A stretch of 64,000 nt of DNA from Candidatus Latescibacterota bacterium (GTDB lineage: Bacteria; Latescibacterota; UBA2968; GCA-2709665): assembly GCA_965226795.1 (NCBI GenBank), contig CBDDDZ010000005.1, positions 160,001 to 224,000 on the forward strand. Reading direction: 5' to 3'. A program made the translations under genes and the position numbers. The notes beneath the pieces were generated by a model. It searched no databases. It was not told the origin of the DNA and saw only the letters and a list, made by a program, of their open reading frames with translations. Positions 61,595 to 64,000 of this stretch are shown here, piece by piece (the first letter of the stretch is position 1; each line of letters opens with the position of its first letter).

Positions 61595-62309
61595 AGCGGG
61601 CATTGGCAGCGGGATGAGGGTGCTGGATATCGGTTGCGGCCCTGGTGATGTTTCCCTGACGGCGGCCGAGTTGGTCGGGTCCGACGGTAGGGTCGTAGGT
61701 GTGGACGTCAAACCGGCGATAGTCGAAACAGCCCGAACGCGTGCTCGCGATGTGGGGTTCTCCAACGTCGAATTCATGGCGGGAGACGCCCGGACACTGG
61801 ATCTGGGGAGCGACCTCGACGCTCTGGTGGGCAGGCTGGTACTTATGTATATGGCTGAACCGGCGCCTGCCCTGAAGCAGCTCGCGACGCGCGTGCGCCC
61901 CGGTGGTATCGTGGCGTTTCAGGAGGTCGATTTCAGCTACTACCGGAAACGACCGGATACGCCCGTGGCGAACGATCTGATCGAATGAGTCATCGCGGTG
62001 TTCGAACGCTCCGGAGCCCATCTCGACATGGGTTTCAGCCTGTACGGCGCCTTTGTCGACGCGGGATTGCCCGAGCCGACGATAAATTTCTCGGCGCCGG
62101 TCGGTGGCGCGGAGGCCTGGCCCGGGTTTCCGTACATCGCGGAAGGTCTTCGCAGCCTGATCCCGCTGCTCGAAGAGTTCGGGATCGCAACTGCCGAAGA
62201 GGTCGATCCGGATACGCTGGCCGAACGGCTTCGGCGCGAAGTCATATCGTCGAAACGCGCACTCATGCTCCCGCCCCACGTGACCGCATGGGCGGTGCTA
62301 CCGGGTTGA
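61479..62309 (+). pseudogene. Class I SAM-dependent methyltransferase with in-frame TGA (61986-61988)
   Basis: VLDIGCGPG, VGVD, GDA, GRLVLMY, RPGG; reading continues in frame IE*VIAVFERSGAHLDMG. Confidence 0.85.
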
Positions 62310-62447
62310 ATCACGGCACGAAGACCGGCCATACGATTGATGACGTTATGTTCTCGTAGGGACAACGCATGCGTTGCCCCTACATTGGTGTCGTTAACAC
62401 GGAGATTCGATCCACACACTCTGAATTCTTCCTTACAGGCGTCCCAT

Positions 62448-63725
62448 TTAAACCTGCCGTCCGGCCGCGAGGACACCTTTTTCTTCGTCAACCCGTCGTA
62501 GAATCAGACTACCCACGACGAACAGCACCGCCACGATCGAGATGCCGACCCTTTGGGACTGAAAGGCGCGGGTGAGTTCGCCCAGGGCAAGCGGACCTAT
62601 AAAGGCCGTGGCTTTGCCTGAAAAGGCGAATAGCCCGAAAAATTCGTTCTCCTTTTCCGGCGGGACAAATCGACCCAGGAGCGACCGGCTGGCCGACTGG
62701 TTCGGCCCGGCAAAAAACCCTGCCATGATGCCGGAAATCCAGAAGACGGTATTGCTGTGGGTGAAGACGGCCATCAACGTCGCCACGAGGAGAAAGAGGA
62801 GGCTGATCTGAATGGTGCGTTTACCGCCCAAGCGGTCGTCGAGGAAGCCCAGCGCAAACGCTCCGGTTCCCGCGGAGACGTTCAGGACGATGCCGAAGAC
62901 CATGATTTCGTTGAACGTGAAACCGAACGTACCTGCCGCGTAAATGCCGCCGAAGGCGAATATGGTGATGAGTCCGTCATTGTAGACGAGACGGGCGATA
63001 AGCAACTTGATAATTTCCCGATATTGACCGGCCTCCCGAAACGTCCTGGCGAGTTGGCGATAGGACGACGACAGGATCCCGCGCGTTCGGGTCGCGCGGG
63101 ATTTTTTTTCTTGAACCCAGAGGAAGATGGGGACGCTGAAAACCGCGAACCAGACGGCGACGAGCAGATTGGTTGCCCGGATATTCGCGCCGGCGTCTCT
63201 TGTAATACCGAACCACGGCGTTTCCGGGCTGACAAATCCAATCATGGCGATGCCCATCGCCAGCAGACCGCCTATGTAGCCCAGACCCCACCCGTACCCG
63301 GAAATACGGCCAATGTATTTCCGCGGCGCGATGTCCGGCAGAAAGGCGTTGTAGAAGACGTTTCCCATTTCAAAGGCGAAGTTCGCCACGACAAACCAGA
63401 GCAGGGCCTTGACGACCTGGCCTGGTAAGGCCGTGTACAGGCCGGTGGTGGCAATGACCGCGATGATCGTAGAGAAAAGGAGGAAACCCTTCCGGAGCCC
63501 GCCGCGGTCCGCAATGGCGCCGGTAAGGGGTGAGAACAGCGCCACGGCGATGGCGGAAAACGTGATGCCTCTGGACCACAGGGTGGTGCCGATGATTTCG
63601 TCCGGCGCGAGGTATTTTACAAAGTACGTGGAATAGACAAAGGTGACCACGAGGGTGGTGAAGGCGGAGTTGGCAAAGTCGTACATTGCCCATGACGCGA
63701 CGGCTTTTTTGTCAATTTTATTCAA
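62448..63725 (-). CDS. MFS transporter (UMF1/Atg22-like)
   Basis: WAMYDFANSAF, FYNAFLPD, GRISGYGWGLGYIGG, YNDG, QSASRS, EFFGLFAFSGK; about 12 TMs. Confidence 0.92.
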   Translation of the reverse strand: MNKIDKKAVASWAMYDFANSAFTTLVVTFVYSTYFVKYLAPDEIIGTTLWSRGITFSAIAVALFSPLTGAIADRGGLRKGFLLFSTIIAVIATTGLYTALPGQVVKALLWFVVANFAFEMGNVFYNAFLPDIAPRKYIGRISGYGWGLGYIGGLLAMGIAMIGFVSPETPWFGITRDAGANIRATNLLVAVWFAVFSVPIFLWVQEKKSRATRTRGILSSSYRQLARTFREAGQYREIIKLLIARLVYNDGLITIFAFGGIYAAGTFGFTFNEIMVFGIVLNVSAGTGAFALGFLDDRLGGKRTIQISLLFLLVATLMAVFTHSNTVFWISGIMAGFFAGPNQSASRSLLGRFVPPEKENEFFGLFAFSGKATAFIGPLALGELTRAFQSQRVGISIVAVLFVVGSLILRRVDEEKGVLAAGRQV

Positions 63726-63819
63726 GTGCGGGTGAATCCTTCGGATTGGTCGTTTGGAAAGAAAACCTTCAGAGGCGCAAAGAAATGACGGGTAGAAGCG
63801 AATGATGGGTCGCGCTCCG

Positions 63820-64000
63820 CGCCCGTAAAGTTATCCCTATAACTTCATTATTATTAAATTTTTACGTCCTTTTTCTTTCTCGCCAAAGAAAAAGGATCAA
63901 AAAGAACCGGGCCTGCCTGCGCCGAGCACGGCTCGGCGCAGGCAGGCCGCGCGGCGCGGAGCCGGTTTTTCCGCGAATTGCCTGACTGGTGAATACAGGC
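63820..64000 (+). repeat. Structured repeat family A, copy 3 (truncated by the window end, with palindrome insert)
   Basis: TTTTTACGTCCTTTTTCTTTCTCGCCAAAGAAAAAGGATCAAAAAGAAC...GGAGCCGGTTTTTCCGCGAAT. Confidence 0.8.

Noticed and set aside
61986..61988. Stop-codon reassignment or selenocysteine
   Set aside because: TGA and TAA terminate many intact genes here (e.g. agpS, SDR, glcB). The position is not a catalytic Cys, and other lesions are frameshifts.
1..64000. CRISPR array or cas genes
   Set aside because: No regularly spaced direct repeats with unique spacers. The two 20-bp repeats at 37748 and 37805 are REP-like units inside a MITE.

Overview
GC-rich bacterial chromosome segment in genetic code 11. 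The Omp85 proteins indicate a diderm. Many Gfo/Idh/MocA oxidoreductases, a sulfatase and a heparinase-like lyase would fit a Latescibacterota/Gemmatimonadota-like heterotroph, but taxonomy is only inferred. Left to right: (1) PlsC-fold acyltransferase, a strikingly eukaryote-like alkyl-DHAP synthase and a DHRS7B-like SDR, together a candidate ether-lipid pathway; (2) bioA-bioD, acetamidase, beta-propeller protein, divergent pgi, malate synthase G, and a three-subunit molybdenum hydroxylase with oxidoreductases; (3) an AT-richer minus-strand cluster of patatin-Omp85, atypical-kinase-Omp85, DUF4956 and SdiA-regulated propeller, plus IS630 and Mrr remnants; (4) a frameshifted heparinase II/III-like gene; (5) an unannotated ~115-nt rod-shaped small RNA with its own sigma70 promoter and U-tract (6S-like fold); (6) a TPP-riboswitch thiO-S-G-tenI-D-E operon; (7) DUF6807, sulfatase, CinA-C, infA and PhoX; (8) a defence island of about 12.6 kb starting at a tRNA 3'-end-like fragment, carrying a type IIG R-M enzyme, an HNH-TPR-PIN gene (in-frame TAA) coupled to a 642-aa unknown partner, and a frameshifted TIR gene with a small partner; (9) gluconolactonase, gene remnants, a nonsense-interrupted methyltransferase and an MFS transporter. 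Several dispersed, nested repeat/MITE families occur in intergenic DNA. No CRISPR array, rRNA or intact tRNA was seen. All family assignments come from motif recognition by eye, not database searches.
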